Shown here one piece after another: positions 18,657 through 28,094 of a DNA stretch of 64,000 bases. Within the stretch, counting starts at the first letter, position 1. Each line of letters starts with the position of its first letter. The notes under the pieces are model-generated. The model ran no database searches. It saw only the letters and a program-made list of their open reading frames with translations, and was not told where the DNA came from. Made by a program: the position numbers and the translations under genes. Origin of the DNA: an uncultured virus (IMG/VR IMGVR_UViG_3300037808_001436) (lineage: Duplodnaviria > Heunggongvirae > Uroviricota > Caudoviricetes); the IMG/VR virus record IMGVR_UViG_3300037808_001436; one strand, written 5' to 3'.

Positions 18657-20168
18657 ATGGCTTATAAATTTCAAATGTCTCAGGCATTACTCAGTGGTTC
18701 TATTAAACCAAGTCTTGACGGTATATACAGCTTAGGGTCCGCGACCGCTGAATGGCAAGATATATACATCGATGGTACCGCGCACCTCGATGCAATCAAC
18801 TACAATGGTACTTTAGTTACTGCTACTGCTGCAGAACTTAACTATCTCGATAACGACGACCTTTCGGCCGCCGATCTTCAAAAGCTTGCTGATGTTACAG
18901 CAACTGCTGCAGAACTCAACTACGTAGATACAACTGCCGGTACTGCGGCCGCTAGTAAAGCTGTCGTTCTAAACGCCGCCGGCGGAACTACGGGCATCGT
19001 GTTCCTAACCGCCTCGTACTTCTCTGGTAACGGCTCTGGCATTACGAACATTGATGTTGGTAACCTGGACGCTACTGGTGCTGACACTCAAGTCCAATTC
19101 AACCAGAATGGTGAATTTGGCGCTGACAGTGGCTTCACTTACAACGGTTCCGGCTCACTAGCCACTACCGTGAAACTGAGTTCTGTTGCTATTACCGGTT
19201 CAGGCGCCCTAACGGCCGGTGGCATTGTCACAGCTGGAAACGGTTTCTTTACAGTTTCCGCAACCGGTGATGTTGATGTCAACGGTGGTGCAATTGATGG
19301 CACTATTATCGGCGCCAACGCAGTGGCTGCGGGTTCATTCGCGGCAGTTGCTGGTACCACTGGTACTTACAGCGCCGGACTTAGTGCTACTACCATTTCT
19401 GGCTCAGGTGCTGCAACGGTGCTTAATGTAACAACTGACAAGGTTACCGCTGCTACTGTTGATCTTAACGGTGGCAACATCGACGGCACTATTATCGGCG
19501 CCACTAGTGTCGCTGCGGGTTCATTCGCGGCTGTTGTCGGTACTACTGGTACTTACAGCGCTGGACTTAGTGCTACTAGTATTACCGGTTCAGGCGCGCT
19601 AACGGCTGGTGGCAACTTGTCTGTTGCCAACTCCAGGATGGTCTTCGACGGTGTTGATCTTACTTTGGCCGCTGGCACTCGCATTGTTGCGGTTGACGCC
19701 GAATTCAGTGGTCTCATGACGCTTTCTGGTACTACTGACCATCCTGTCGTTGTTGGTAGTGATAGTGTCTACTTCTTAGACGCTGGGAGCGGTAAAGTTA
19801 AGAGAGATACTTTCGCTGACCTTGTTGCTGCAATGGCCGGTACGGGCCTCTCCGCCACCGGCGGTGTGCTTTCGTCTGACGCGTCCCCGACGCCGAACGA
19901 CATTGGCGATGCTAATGCAGTTATGGTGGAAGGGTTCAACTGGACTTCAGCTGCTTTCACTGGTGCTCGCTCCTGGACAACACCGGCATCCCCGGATGCA
20001 GGTGATAGGGTTATTGTTAAGGCGCCATCAAACGCCGGTACCCACGCCCTTACAATCGTAGGTAATGCACCAGCAGTAATTGATGGTGTATCAAGTATTC
20101 AACTGGAATCCAATGATGGTGCAGTTACTCTCACCTATGTTGGTAGCAACAAATGGATGATCTCGTAG
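18657..20168 (+). CDS. Fibre-like structural protein with internal repeats (paralogue 3)
   Basis: GGAGG RBS; TATAAELNY x2; 62-aa-period IDGTIIGA repeats; VIVK...VIDG...W C-terminal domain. Confidence 0.65.
   Translation: MAYKFQMSQALLSGSIKPSLDGIYSLGSATAEWQDIYIDGTAHLDAINYNGTLVTATAAELNYLDNDDLSAADLQKLADVTATAAELNYVDTTAGTAAASKAVVLNAAGGTTGIVFLTASYFSGNGSGITNIDVGNLDATGADTQVQFNQNGEFGADSGFTYNGSGSLATTVKLSSVAITGSGALTAGGIVTAGNGFFTVSATGDVDVNGGAIDGTIIGANAVAAGSFAAVAGTTGTYSAGLSATTISGSGAATVLNVTTDKVTAATVDLNGGNIDGTIIGATSVAAGSFAAVVGTTGTYSAGLSATSITGSGALTAGGNLSVANSRMVFDGVDLTLAAGTRIVAVDAEFSGLMTLSGTTDHPVVVGSDSVYFLDAGSGKVKRDTFADLVAAMAGTGLSATGGVLSSDASPTPNDIGDANAVMVEGFNWTSAAFTGARSWTTPASPDAGDRVIVKAPSNAGTHALTIVGNAPAVIDGVSSIQLESNDGAVTLTYVGSNKWMIS
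19281..19610 (+). repeat. Intragenic duplication, 186-nt period
   Basis: NGGxIDGTIIGA...AAGSFAAVxGTTGTYSAGLSAT at 19281 and 19467 with high DNA identity. Confidence 0.8.
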
Positions 20169-20208
20169 AACACTCTCAAATGGCTTAAGTACCTCGTATT
20201 TAGACCTT

Positions 20209-20242
20209 GGATGCCTCCCTTTTGGGAGGCATCCTCTTTTTT
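20209..20242 (+). terminator. Intrinsic terminator
   Basis: GGATGCCTCCC-TTTT-GGGAGGCATCC followed by TCTTTTTT. Confidence 0.85.
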
Positions 20243-20290
20243 GTGGAGGTTAATAGAAAAACAAGCTATTTATTGGTGAAGAGGTAAAAT

Positions 20291-21718
20291 ATGGCATATA
20301 ATGTATTAAGGGGAACAATCGAATTCTCCGATACAACCACCGGCTCAATTGAAAGCATGGTTGACAATTGGTCAACACAAACGGTAACAGGTGTAAAAAC
20401 ATTCTCAAGCACACTTTCGGCAAGTGCGTTCTGGGATACAACCAATGAAGTATCTATAATAGCACCAGCAATTAGAACAATTGCCGGCGATGCTGCTGGG
20501 AGAGTCGTTATATCAAATGGCGATGGCACAGCCACATGTTACAGTACCCTAACCTATACAAACAATTCGCTTACAGCGTCGTACTACTCTGGTTCTGGTG
20601 TCGGACTAACAAGCGTCCCTCCTGACCGATTTTCGAGCGCTCTGCCCGCGGCCTCAATTGACTATGGAAATGGTCTAACAGCATCATCAGGGCAACTGAC
20701 CGTGAAAGGGGGTGATGGTATCACGGTCGGAAGCTCTGGTGTTGCTGTATCTTTAGGAACGAGTGAAGGGTTAAGTATAGTATCAACAGCATTGACGGTA
20801 GACCCAACAAACGCGGTAGATGTTACAGATAGCGGCCAAAACCTGGCAGATGCAGACGTCCTGTTAGTGGAGGATATCTCACACGGTTTAAGAAAGACAA
20901 CTTTAACAAACCTATATTCAAATTATATTGCCGGCAAACTCCCAGCGGCCGCCATCACCAGCTATACCAATAGCACCGACAATAGAGTATTGACATCTGT
21001 TGATTCAACCACAGTTAACGGAGAAACCAACCTAACGTTTGACGGCAGCACCTTAACCGTTGGCGCAAATTTATTAACCCAAGTCGCCGCCGTCCCTGTC
21101 GCCCAGTTTATACACCCTAACGATGATGCGACGGGCGCCGTGCTGGAGCTAATAAATAGCAGAGCTAACAATCCGGGGCAAGCGAATGATTTCTGTGGAG
21201 GTTTGACGTTTAAATCTAAAGACTCCACTTCCGTTGCAACACAATATAGCAAGATAAGTACTAAAATATCATCACCAACCAATACTAGTGAAGCTGGCAG
21301 AATGATTTTTGAAGTTACGACTGCCGGAACAACAGCCACCACATACTTGACACTTGATGGTGGCGCCTCAGCAATAACTGCTTCTGTAGATACACATTTT
21401 CTCGGAGCGACCCATCAAAGTAGTTCCGCTTATAAAAAACATAGTACGAAAGCATCCAACTATACTTTAACGAACGCAGACAACATTATATATATGGATA
21501 CAAGCTCTACAACACTCACAGCTTCGTTGCCAGATGCTAGAACAGTGGGGGGGATTGTATACACACTTAAAAATGTTGGTTCAAACAATATGGTGATAGA
21601 TCCGAACGGTACACAAACTGTTGATGGCCTCAACTCATTAACTGGTTCTCTTGGTAAGGCTTGGACGGTACAAGCGACCGGCGATATTTGGCTTATTCTA
21701 TCGTCACATCAAGGTTAG
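20291..21718 (+). CDS. Fibre-like structural protein (paralogue 4)
   Basis: GAGG RBS; MAYN start; Thr/Ser-rich; LPDAR...YTLKN...QTVDG...W C-terminal domain. Confidence 0.65.
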   Translation: MAYNVLRGTIEFSDTTTGSIESMVDNWSTQTVTGVKTFSSTLSASAFWDTTNEVSIIAPAIRTIAGDAAGRVVISNGDGTATCYSTLTYTNNSLTASYYSGSGVGLTSVPPDRFSSALPAASIDYGNGLTASSGQLTVKGGDGITVGSSGVAVSLGTSEGLSIVSTALTVDPTNAVDVTDSGQNLADADVLLVEDISHGLRKTTLTNLYSNYIAGKLPAAAITSYTNSTDNRVLTSVDSTTVNGETNLTFDGSTLTVGANLLTQVAAVPVAQFIHPNDDATGAVLELINSRANNPGQANDFCGGLTFKSKDSTSVATQYSKISTKISSPTNTSEAGRMIFEVTTAGTTATTYLTLDGGASAITASVDTHFLGATHQSSSAYKKHSTKASNYTLTNADNIIYMDTSSTTLTASLPDARTVGGIVYTLKNVGSNNMVIDPNGTQTVDGLNSLTGSLGKAWTVQATGDIWLILSSHQG

Positions 21719-21761
21719 TCATAACTAAAAGTACAATAATGGTCGTTTTGTCTCAAATAAT

Positions 21762-21769
21762 ACTATTTA
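21762..21769 (+). promoter_or_regulatory. Putative late promoter ACTATTTA
   Basis: Upstream of scaffold-capsid operon. Confidence 0.6.
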
Positions 21770-21802
21770 TTTTGAAACACTATTAATTCAGGAGTTATTT
21801 AT

Positions 21803-22951
21803 ATGTCATCTTTGCTTGAACAGGCGCTTATCGATGCCAAAACATTAAAAGAAGCCGCACTAAAAAATGCTGAATCTTCTATTATTGAGAAATACTCGGC
21901 CGAGGTCAGAGAAACACTAGACCATATTTTAGAACAGGACGAGTTAGATTTAGATTTAGGCGAGGAGGATCCTGACATGATAGATGCCCCGCCAGACGCG
22001 TTAGATGCCCCACCAGACGATTTCACTGACACAGACGCCCCAGTGGGCGAGGTAGCGGAGACCGTCCCTCTCGGCGCCGCAGAAGGCGAGAAACTATGTG
22101 CTTGTCCAGATGAAGAAGAACAAACTACGGTTAACATCAATTTCGGCGAGCTAGCCGAAGCGCTAAGTGAACTTCAAGATGATCTTAAGGAAGAAGAAGA
22201 CTCACAAACAGAATTAGAAGAAAACGAAGAGATCGATATCACAGAAGAAGATTTGCTTGAACTGCTGGGGTCTGAAGAAGACACACCTGTCACAGAAGAA
22301 AATACAGAAGCTGATATCGTTGAAGAACAAGAAACCATAGAGTCTCTTGCTAAAGATATCGCAGAGGAGCTTTACGTTGACATGGGCGCTGACCTTTCTG
22401 GTTGGGCCGGCCGCTCCTCAGAAGAGATAAATTACGAAATAGAAAAGGAGCTTGCGTCTCGGAGATCCACAGGATTAAAACAAGACACACTCCAGGGCCG
22501 CGGAATGGCGGATAGAGACGCCAACCCACAAAAAGAATTAGAAGATTTGAAGAAAGCTCAAGAAGAGTTGGTTTTTGAAAATAACCAACTCAAAGAGCAA
22601 AACAAAAACTACGATAACGTAGTCGTGCAATTGAAAGAGGCAGCTAGTTCTGTTAACATTTCAAATGCACGTTTATTATACACGAACCGTGTTTTGAGAA
22701 ATACCTCCCTAAATGAGCGACAAAAAGATAAAATTGTCGAAGCGATTTCCGGCGCCGGTTCTGTAACAGAGGCGAAGATGATATATGAGACACTTCAAAG
22801 TACAGTGGAGTCCACGCCAAGCCGTGCACCACAATCACTGAACGAAGCTATCGGACGTAATCGAGCATCTGTTATTCGTGCTTCTCGCGAGAAGAGTACG
22901 ACATCTGATCCGTGGTCGGACCGGATGAAAAAACTAGCTGGAATAAACTAA
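21803..22951 (+). CDS. Prohead scaffolding protein (T4 gp22 position)
   Basis: Very acidic coiled-coil protein immediately upstream of MCP; C-terminal RMKKLAGI. Confidence 0.75.
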   Translation: MSSLLEQALIDAKTLKEAALKNAESSIIEKYSAEVRETLDHILEQDELDLDLGEEDPDMIDAPPDALDAPPDDFTDTDAPVGEVAETVPLGAAEGEKLCACPDEEEQTTVNINFGELAEALSELQDDLKEEEDSQTELEENEEIDITEEDLLELLGSEEDTPVTEENTEADIVEEQETIESLAKDIAEELYVDMGADLSGWAGRSSEEINYEIEKELASRRSTGLKQDTLQGRGMADRDANPQKELEDLKKAQEELVFENNQLKEQNKNYDNVVVQLKEAASSVNISNARLLYTNRVLRNTSLNERQKDKIVEAISGAGSVTEAKMIYETLQSTVESTPSRAPQSLNEAIGRNRASVIRASREKSTTSDPWSDRMKKLAGIN

Positions 22952-22978
22952 ATAACATATTTATAGGAGGTATTTAAA

Positions 22979-24841
22979 ATGTCTAGTATTGTAGAAAGAT
23001 TGACCGAAGGTATGGTCAATCGTGATATGCGTGCAGAAGGTCACGCCCTACTTACAAAGTGGGAAAAAACCGGTCTTTTAGAAGGTATTGACAACGACCG
23101 TCATCGCCAGAGCATGGCTCGTTTACTCGAGAACCAGGCCAAAGAACTTCTTCGTGAAAGCACTTCAATGAGTGCAGGTAGCGTTGATGGTTTTGCAGCA
23201 GTTGCATTTCCAATCGTCCGTCGTGTATTCGCAGGATTGATCGCAAACGATCTCGTTTCCGTTCAGCCGATGAGTTTGCCATCTGGCCTCATCTTCTTCC
23301 TTGACTTCACGTTCTCTAATGATCTTGGAGGTGGCTCAACAACCGGCAAATTAGGTAACCTGGCTAACAAGTCAATTTATGGTACCGATCGCGTCGGTGC
23401 TGAAATCACTGGTGGTGTGGATCTAGTCAGCGCTAATAAGGGAGACCTTTCCGGTCCTCGTATGTCAGCGCGCGGTTATTCCTACGCTTCGCCAAGTGGT
23501 TCCGACACATCTGTCGTTGGAATTATTCTCACCGGAGCCGCGATCTCGACAGGGATGACAAATACAGATCGCAAATGGATTGAGTATGATCCTGATCTTT
23601 TGTCACTCGATCCGGGAGATGGCACAGCAACGCATGCGTATGCTATTTTAGCCATCTCAGCATCTGCGCTGGATCAACTGGATGTTCAGAACTTGTCGGC
23701 GATTACGTGTTCGAGTGCTGAAACAATGGGCTTAACCGGGACCAAGAAATACCGCGCGGTATTAAAGGGCGCCCAACTTGTTCGCCGATTGTCGCGTGTT
23801 ATGTCTGAGCAAGAAGCAGAGTCCTCCACGACGTCAGGTATCACCGCAGCAGCAGCCAAAGACCAAGTTCTTTTTACTTGGATTGGTAAGACTGGTTCAG
23901 TTGATGAAGTTCGTACGATGAGCAGCGAGCTGGGTGGTACAGGTGCAAGTCGCGCTGTTTCGGCTTCTAGTATTGCTTTCACATTCCCACAGACAGATGA
24001 TTTCCAAGCTGGAGCCGGCCTCGGTTCCATTCGTGGTACTGTTGCCTGGGGTCTTGAAGGGCAAGCTGAAATCCCCGAGATTGACATCAAAGTCGATTCC
24101 GTGGCTGTGACAGCGCAGACCAAGAAGCTCAAGGCTAAGTGGACTCCGGAGTTAGGTCAAGACCTTAACGCCTACCACAACCTTGATGCAGAAGTCGAGC
24201 TTACTTCAATTCTCTCTGAGCAGATTGCTCTTGAGATTGACCGTGAGATCGTTGCCGACCTTGTTAACGGTGCAACCGCCGCAACATATTACTGGTCACG
24301 CTCTCCTGGCTTGTTCGTGAGTAAAACAACCGGCGCCGAAATCGGTGCTAGTTCTGCTGCTCCCGACTTCACCGGTACTGTGTCTGAGTGGTATGAGACT
24401 CTCGTTGAAACTATCAACGACGTTTCTGCACAAATCCATCGCAAGACTCTGCGTGGTGGCGCTAACTTCGTCGTCGTAGGACCTGAAGTTGCCAACATCC
24501 TTGAGTTTACCAGCGGTTTCCGCGCTTCCGTCACACATGATGACGAGAAGGGTTCGATTGGTGCAGTTAAGGCTGGTTCACTGAGTAAGAAGTTCGACGT
24601 TATCGTTGATCCTTACTTCCTCAGAAACGTGGTTCTTGTAGGCCGTCGCGGATCCTCTTTCCTTGAAAGCGGATACGTATACGCCCCGTATGTCCCACTC
24701 CAGACTACACCCACAATCTTCGGACCGGAAGACTTCGTGCCCCGTAAGGGCGTCATGACGCGCTATGCCAAGAAGATGGTGCGCCCTGATATGTACGGCC
24801 TTGTTATCGTACGCGGACTCCTCGGTGAGTCTGGTGGTTGA
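22979..24841 (+). CDS. Major capsid protein (T4 gp23-like)
   Basis: LLENQ, PIVRRV, VQPMSLPSGLIFFL, KLKAKWTPELGQDLNAYH, EIDRE, YAPYVPL, GVMTRY. Confidence 0.95.
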   Translation: MSSIVERLTEGMVNRDMRAEGHALLTKWEKTGLLEGIDNDRHRQSMARLLENQAKELLRESTSMSAGSVDGFAAVAFPIVRRVFAGLIANDLVSVQPMSLPSGLIFFLDFTFSNDLGGGSTTGKLGNLANKSIYGTDRVGAEITGGVDLVSANKGDLSGPRMSARGYSYASPSGSDTSVVGIILTGAAISTGMTNTDRKWIEYDPDLLSLDPGDGTATHAYAILAISASALDQLDVQNLSAITCSSAETMGLTGTKKYRAVLKGAQLVRRLSRVMSEQEAESSTTSGITAAAAKDQVLFTWIGKTGSVDEVRTMSSELGGTGASRAVSASSIAFTFPQTDDFQAGAGLGSIRGTVAWGLEGQAEIPEIDIKVDSVAVTAQTKKLKAKWTPELGQDLNAYHNLDAEVELTSILSEQIALEIDREIVADLVNGATAATYYWSRSPGLFVSKTTGAEIGASSAAPDFTGTVSEWYETLVETINDVSAQIHRKTLRGGANFVVVGPEVANILEFTSGFRASVTHDDEKGSIGAVKAGSLSKKFDVIVDPYFLRNVVLVGRRGSSFLESGYVYAPYVPLQTTPTIFGPEDFVPRKGVMTRYAKKMVRPDMYGLVIVRGLLGESGG

Positions 24842-24880
24842 TAAATTAGCTGATATCAGTTAATTGGTCAAATAAAATGT

Positions 24881-24913
24881 AAAGCCTCCTTCTTCGGAAG
24901 GGGGCTTTCGTTT
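24881..24913 (+). terminator. Intrinsic terminator after MCP
   Basis: AAAGCCTCCTTC-TTCG-GAAGGGGGCTTT hairpin with cUUCGg loop. Confidence 0.8.
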
Positions 24914-25034
24914 ACAATAAAAAGCTCAAAAATGGCATGACCACCAAAAATTCTTCCGCTAATTTTTTGAGATTTTCGTTTTTGATATTTTCAAACTATT
25001 TATATTTGTCATAAAGACAAAAGGAAAAATTATT

Positions 25035-25280
25035 ATGCACGCCCGCAAAAGATTAATGTTCAAGAATAGAGATAGAGCACGCAAGGCTGCCAACCATGCT
25101 GCAGCTGCCCCCGCTACACCCGTAGTGGAGAAGGTAGCACCCGTCACACCCGTAGCAGAGAAGGTAGCACCCGTAGCAGAGAAGGTAGCACCCGTAGCAG
25201 AGAAGGTAGCCCCTAAAGCAAGGCCTCTCAAGAAAACTTCTACTACAAAAAGATCTGCCGTTACATCGAAAAAGAAGTAA
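25035..25280 (+). CDS. Small basic Ala/Lys/Pro-rich protein with PVAEKVA repeats
   Basis: AAGGA RBS, ACTATTTA at 24995, 21-nt repeats. Confidence 0.6.
   Translation: MHARKRLMFKNRDRARKAANHAAAAPATPVVEKVAPVTPVAEKVAPVAEKVAPVAEKVAPKARPLKKTSTTKRSAVTSKKK
25116..25211 (+). repeat. 21-bp tandem repeats (cccgtagcagagaaggtagca)
   Basis: Four copies visible, the first with substitutions and a short spacer. Confidence 0.85.
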
Positions 25281-25303
25281 AACTCTAGTTTATTATGATC
25301 ATC

Positions 25304-25332
25304 GCCCAACATGAAGTTGGGCTTTGTATTTT
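25304..25332 (+). terminator. Putative intrinsic terminator
   Basis: GCCCAAC-ATGAA-GTTGGGC then TTTGTATTTT. Confidence 0.55.
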
Positions 25333-25364
25333 ATAAACTATTTACATAACAGGGGGATTAAAGT

Positions 25365-26642
25365 GTGCCTACTAATCTTGGACCAAAATCACAAACTAGC
25401 GCGATTGTCTTAACATCAACTGGCTCAACTTTACTTGTCTCCACGTCGCTGCCATTTGGCGTCTATACGGGCTCTGTTGCGTTTTTAAGCGGCGCGTCAG
25501 ACCAAGTAGCCTTTGTCTACAAAAAGCTCGGTGGAGACGTCGTAGACATCGAGTTAACCCCATCTAACGTATACTCTTCATATGAAGAAGCCGTCCTAGA
25601 ATATTCCTACATATTAAACTTACATCAAGCAAAGAATATTCTGTCAGATGCGTTAGGGAACACCACCGGAACATTCAATCATAAAGGCAACGCTATATCT
25701 GGCCCAGCCAGCGCCAGCCTTAGATTTCCAAGGTTTGAAGCGAATTACACGAACAGGATCGCCGATGGCGCCGTCACAATGGCTGGCCGCGGCGGTACCA
25801 CTCCAATCTATTCAGCGTCGTTCACAACCACAAGAAATGTACAAGATTACGATTTACAAACAATAATATCCAGTTCTTCAGCGTCAGGTCTTAACGACAG
25901 TGGCGGCCAAGTTGATTATGCAGGAAAAGTGACTGATAAGCGAATAATAATAGATAAAGTGTATTATCGCTCTCCTATCGCCATGTGGAGATTTTATGGA
26001 TATTATGGAGGTGTTGGAGTTGTTGGGAATTACACGACATACGGACAATATGCGGATGATTCATCATTTGAGGTTATCCCCACATGGCAGAACAAGCTAC
26101 AAGCAATTATGTATGAAGATTCTCTCTATACTAGGGTGTCACACTACTCATACGAGTTACTTAATAACAAGTTGAGATTATATCCTGTTCCGCGCGGCGA
26201 CGACAACTTTGCTGGGTATCTTGATCGTATTTGGTTTAGATTTAGAGTCAAAAACAACGTTTGGGAAGAAGACGGCGACACTGACACCGGTATTGAAGGG
26301 GTTAACAATATAAATACGCTTCCATTTGAGAACATACCGTATGAAAATATTAATTCAATCGGAAAACAGTGGATTCGGAAGTATTCTCTTGCCCTTTGTA
26401 AAGAAATGCTGGGACAAATCAGAGGTAAGTTCACTACGATGCCTATACCAGGCGAAAGCGTGACACTGAACCACTCAGAGCTTCTTTCGCAAGCTAAGGA
26501 AGAACAAACACAACTTAAAGACAAGTTGATGGAAATCCTCAAAGAAGTTGAATATCCTGAATTGGCCAAGAAGGATCAAGAAAAGATATCAGCAGCAGAA
26601 GAAACGCTAAGAAGGTCACCACTGCCGATATTCGTGGGATAA
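25365..26642 (+). CDS. Neck/head-tail adaptor protein (T4 gp13-like)
   Basis: KLGGDVVDIELT, WIRKYSLALCKEMLGQIRGKF...PG..VTLN; position after MCP. Confidence 0.75.
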   Translation: MPTNLGPKSQTSAIVLTSTGSTLLVSTSLPFGVYTGSVAFLSGASDQVAFVYKKLGGDVVDIELTPSNVYSSYEEAVLEYSYILNLHQAKNILSDALGNTTGTFNHKGNAISGPASASLRFPRFEANYTNRIADGAVTMAGRGGTTPIYSASFTTTRNVQDYDLQTIISSSSASGLNDSGGQVDYAGKVTDKRIIIDKVYYRSPIAMWRFYGYYGGVGVVGNYTTYGQYADDSSFEVIPTWQNKLQAIMYEDSLYTRVSHYSYELLNNKLRLYPVPRGDDNFAGYLDRIWFRFRVKNNVWEEDGDTDTGIEGVNNINTLPFENIPYENINSIGKQWIRKYSLALCKEMLGQIRGKFTTMPIPGESVTLNHSELLSQAKEEQTQLKDKLMEILKEVEYPELAKKDQEKISAAEETLRRSPLPIFVG

Positions 26643-26648
26643 TAAATT

Positions 26649-27137
26649 ATGGCAAACGAATGGAAAAAACCCGACGCACCACCCCCGCCACTTTTTCTAG
26701 GTAAAAAAGAACGAGATCTTGTCAAACAAGTAAATGACGAATTGATTGAAAAGATCATTGGTCAGCAAATTCTTTACTATCCCATTGACATTGAAACCAC
26801 GAACTTCCATGAACTATATGGCGAGGCCATAAAAAAGACGTTTCTATCCCCAATTCGTGTATACGCTTTAGTAGAATTCACTGAATACTCAACTGAATAT
26901 TTAGAAAGCGGCGGAATTGATAAGACATGGGAGATAAACGTGCACTTCCATCGTAGAAGACTGACAGAAGATCAAGATCTATACATCCGAGAAGGTGACT
27001 TTGTTTTGTATGGAGATTTTTATTACGAGATAGTTAAACTATCAGAACCTAAAAAGCTTTTTGGTCAAGTTGACCATAGTTTTGAGATTGCTGCTCGCTG
27101 CCGTCGCGCCAGAAAGGGACTTTTCGATGCTACCTGA
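26649..27137 (+). CDS. Head completion/neck protein (T4 gp14-like)
   Basis: ELIEKIIGQQILYYP, LYGE, EGDFV; synteny. Confidence 0.6.
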   Translation: MANEWKKPDAPPPPLFLGKKERDLVKQVNDELIEKIIGQQILYYPIDIETTNFHELYGEAIKKTFLSPIRVYALVEFTEYSTEYLESGGIDKTWEINVHFHRRRLTEDQDLYIREGDFVLYGDFYYEIVKLSEPKKLFGQVDHSFEIAARCRRARKGLFDAT

Positions 27138-28002
27138 TAACTTTGATTTTGCACAATTACCGCCCGGCACCTCTAAGACCACTCTTAAAGAAATAGGTAT
27201 GCAGGCATCTAATATAGAGAATATTGATTATACTATTGTTTCGTGGATTAAAAAAGATCTAGATTTAAACGCCACCACAAACGAAGGCTTTGTCAATGTG
27301 CCGGTCTTGTGGCAAACACCTGAGAGAGCATTTCAAGTAAAGAACGAAAAGGAGCTGAGAGACGACGGTGGGGCCCTTAAACTGCCCCTTATCAGCGTTG
27401 AAAGGACCGCTATCACTAAAGACCCTTCCAAAAAGGGCGCGTATCAGGCGCATACATATTCATATGATATGAATGGTAGGATCGGACGGATGGTCCTGGC
27501 GAAAAGAATAAAGCAAGACAAAACACGTAATTTTGCTGTCGCTGCCGCCACTCGCAATAAGACTATTGGAGCACAACAACTAAATTCTCCGAGAATAAAT
27601 AAGAAAATCGTAATACAGACTCTTTCAATCCCAATACCAGTTTATGTCAATGTTGATTATAAGATAACGTTAAAAACAGAGTACCAGCAACAGATGAATG
27701 AGTTGTTAGCACCCTTCATTGTGAGAACTGGACAAATCAACGCTTTTACTATGAAAAGGAATGGACACTTATATGAGGCATTCATTGAACAAAATTTCAC
27801 ACATAATAATAATGTTTCCAATTTAAATGAAGATATGAGAATGTTTTCGAGTGAGATAACAATTAGGGTTCTGGGCTACTTAATGGGTGAAGGCGAGAAC
27901 GACGACCGGTCAATTGTCAGAGTAGACGAGAACGTTGTGGAACTAACTTATCCTCGTGAAAGCACGCCGTTCCCGGGCACCGAAGACTTTTTTACATCAT
28001 AA
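27127..28002 (+). CDS. Tail terminator / sheath stabiliser-like protein (gp15 position)
   Basis: LPLISVERT, PVYVNVDYKITL; between neck and sheath; ATG 27127 preferred. Confidence 0.5.
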   Translation: MLPDNFDFAQLPPGTSKTTLKEIGMQASNIENIDYTIVSWIKKDLDLNATTNEGFVNVPVLWQTPERAFQVKNEKELRDDGGALKLPLISVERTAITKDPSKKGAYQAHTYSYDMNGRIGRMVLAKRIKQDKTRNFAVAAATRNKTIGAQQLNSPRINKKIVIQTLSIPIPVYVNVDYKITLKTEYQQQMNELLAPFIVRTGQINAFTMKRNGHLYEAFIEQNFTHNNNVSNLNEDMRMFSSEITIRVLGYLMGEGENDDRSIVRVDENVVELTYPRESTPFPGTEDFFTS

Positions 28003-28035
28003 AGCAGTTCAGGAAGTGTCTTTGGGATTAAAAAT

Positions 28036-28043
28036 ACTATTTA
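28036..28043 (+). promoter_or_regulatory. Putative late promoter ACTATTTA
   Basis: Intergenic upstream of sheath. Confidence 0.6.
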
Positions 28044-28094
28044 TTCATGATTGCGTAAGCATTTAAATACATTAATCACTAAGAGGGACGGATA

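Noticed and set aside
19281..19610. Diversity-generating retroelement TR/VR pair
   Set aside because: Both copies are in-frame inside one gene, differences are not adenine-specific and no reverse transcriptase is present in the window.
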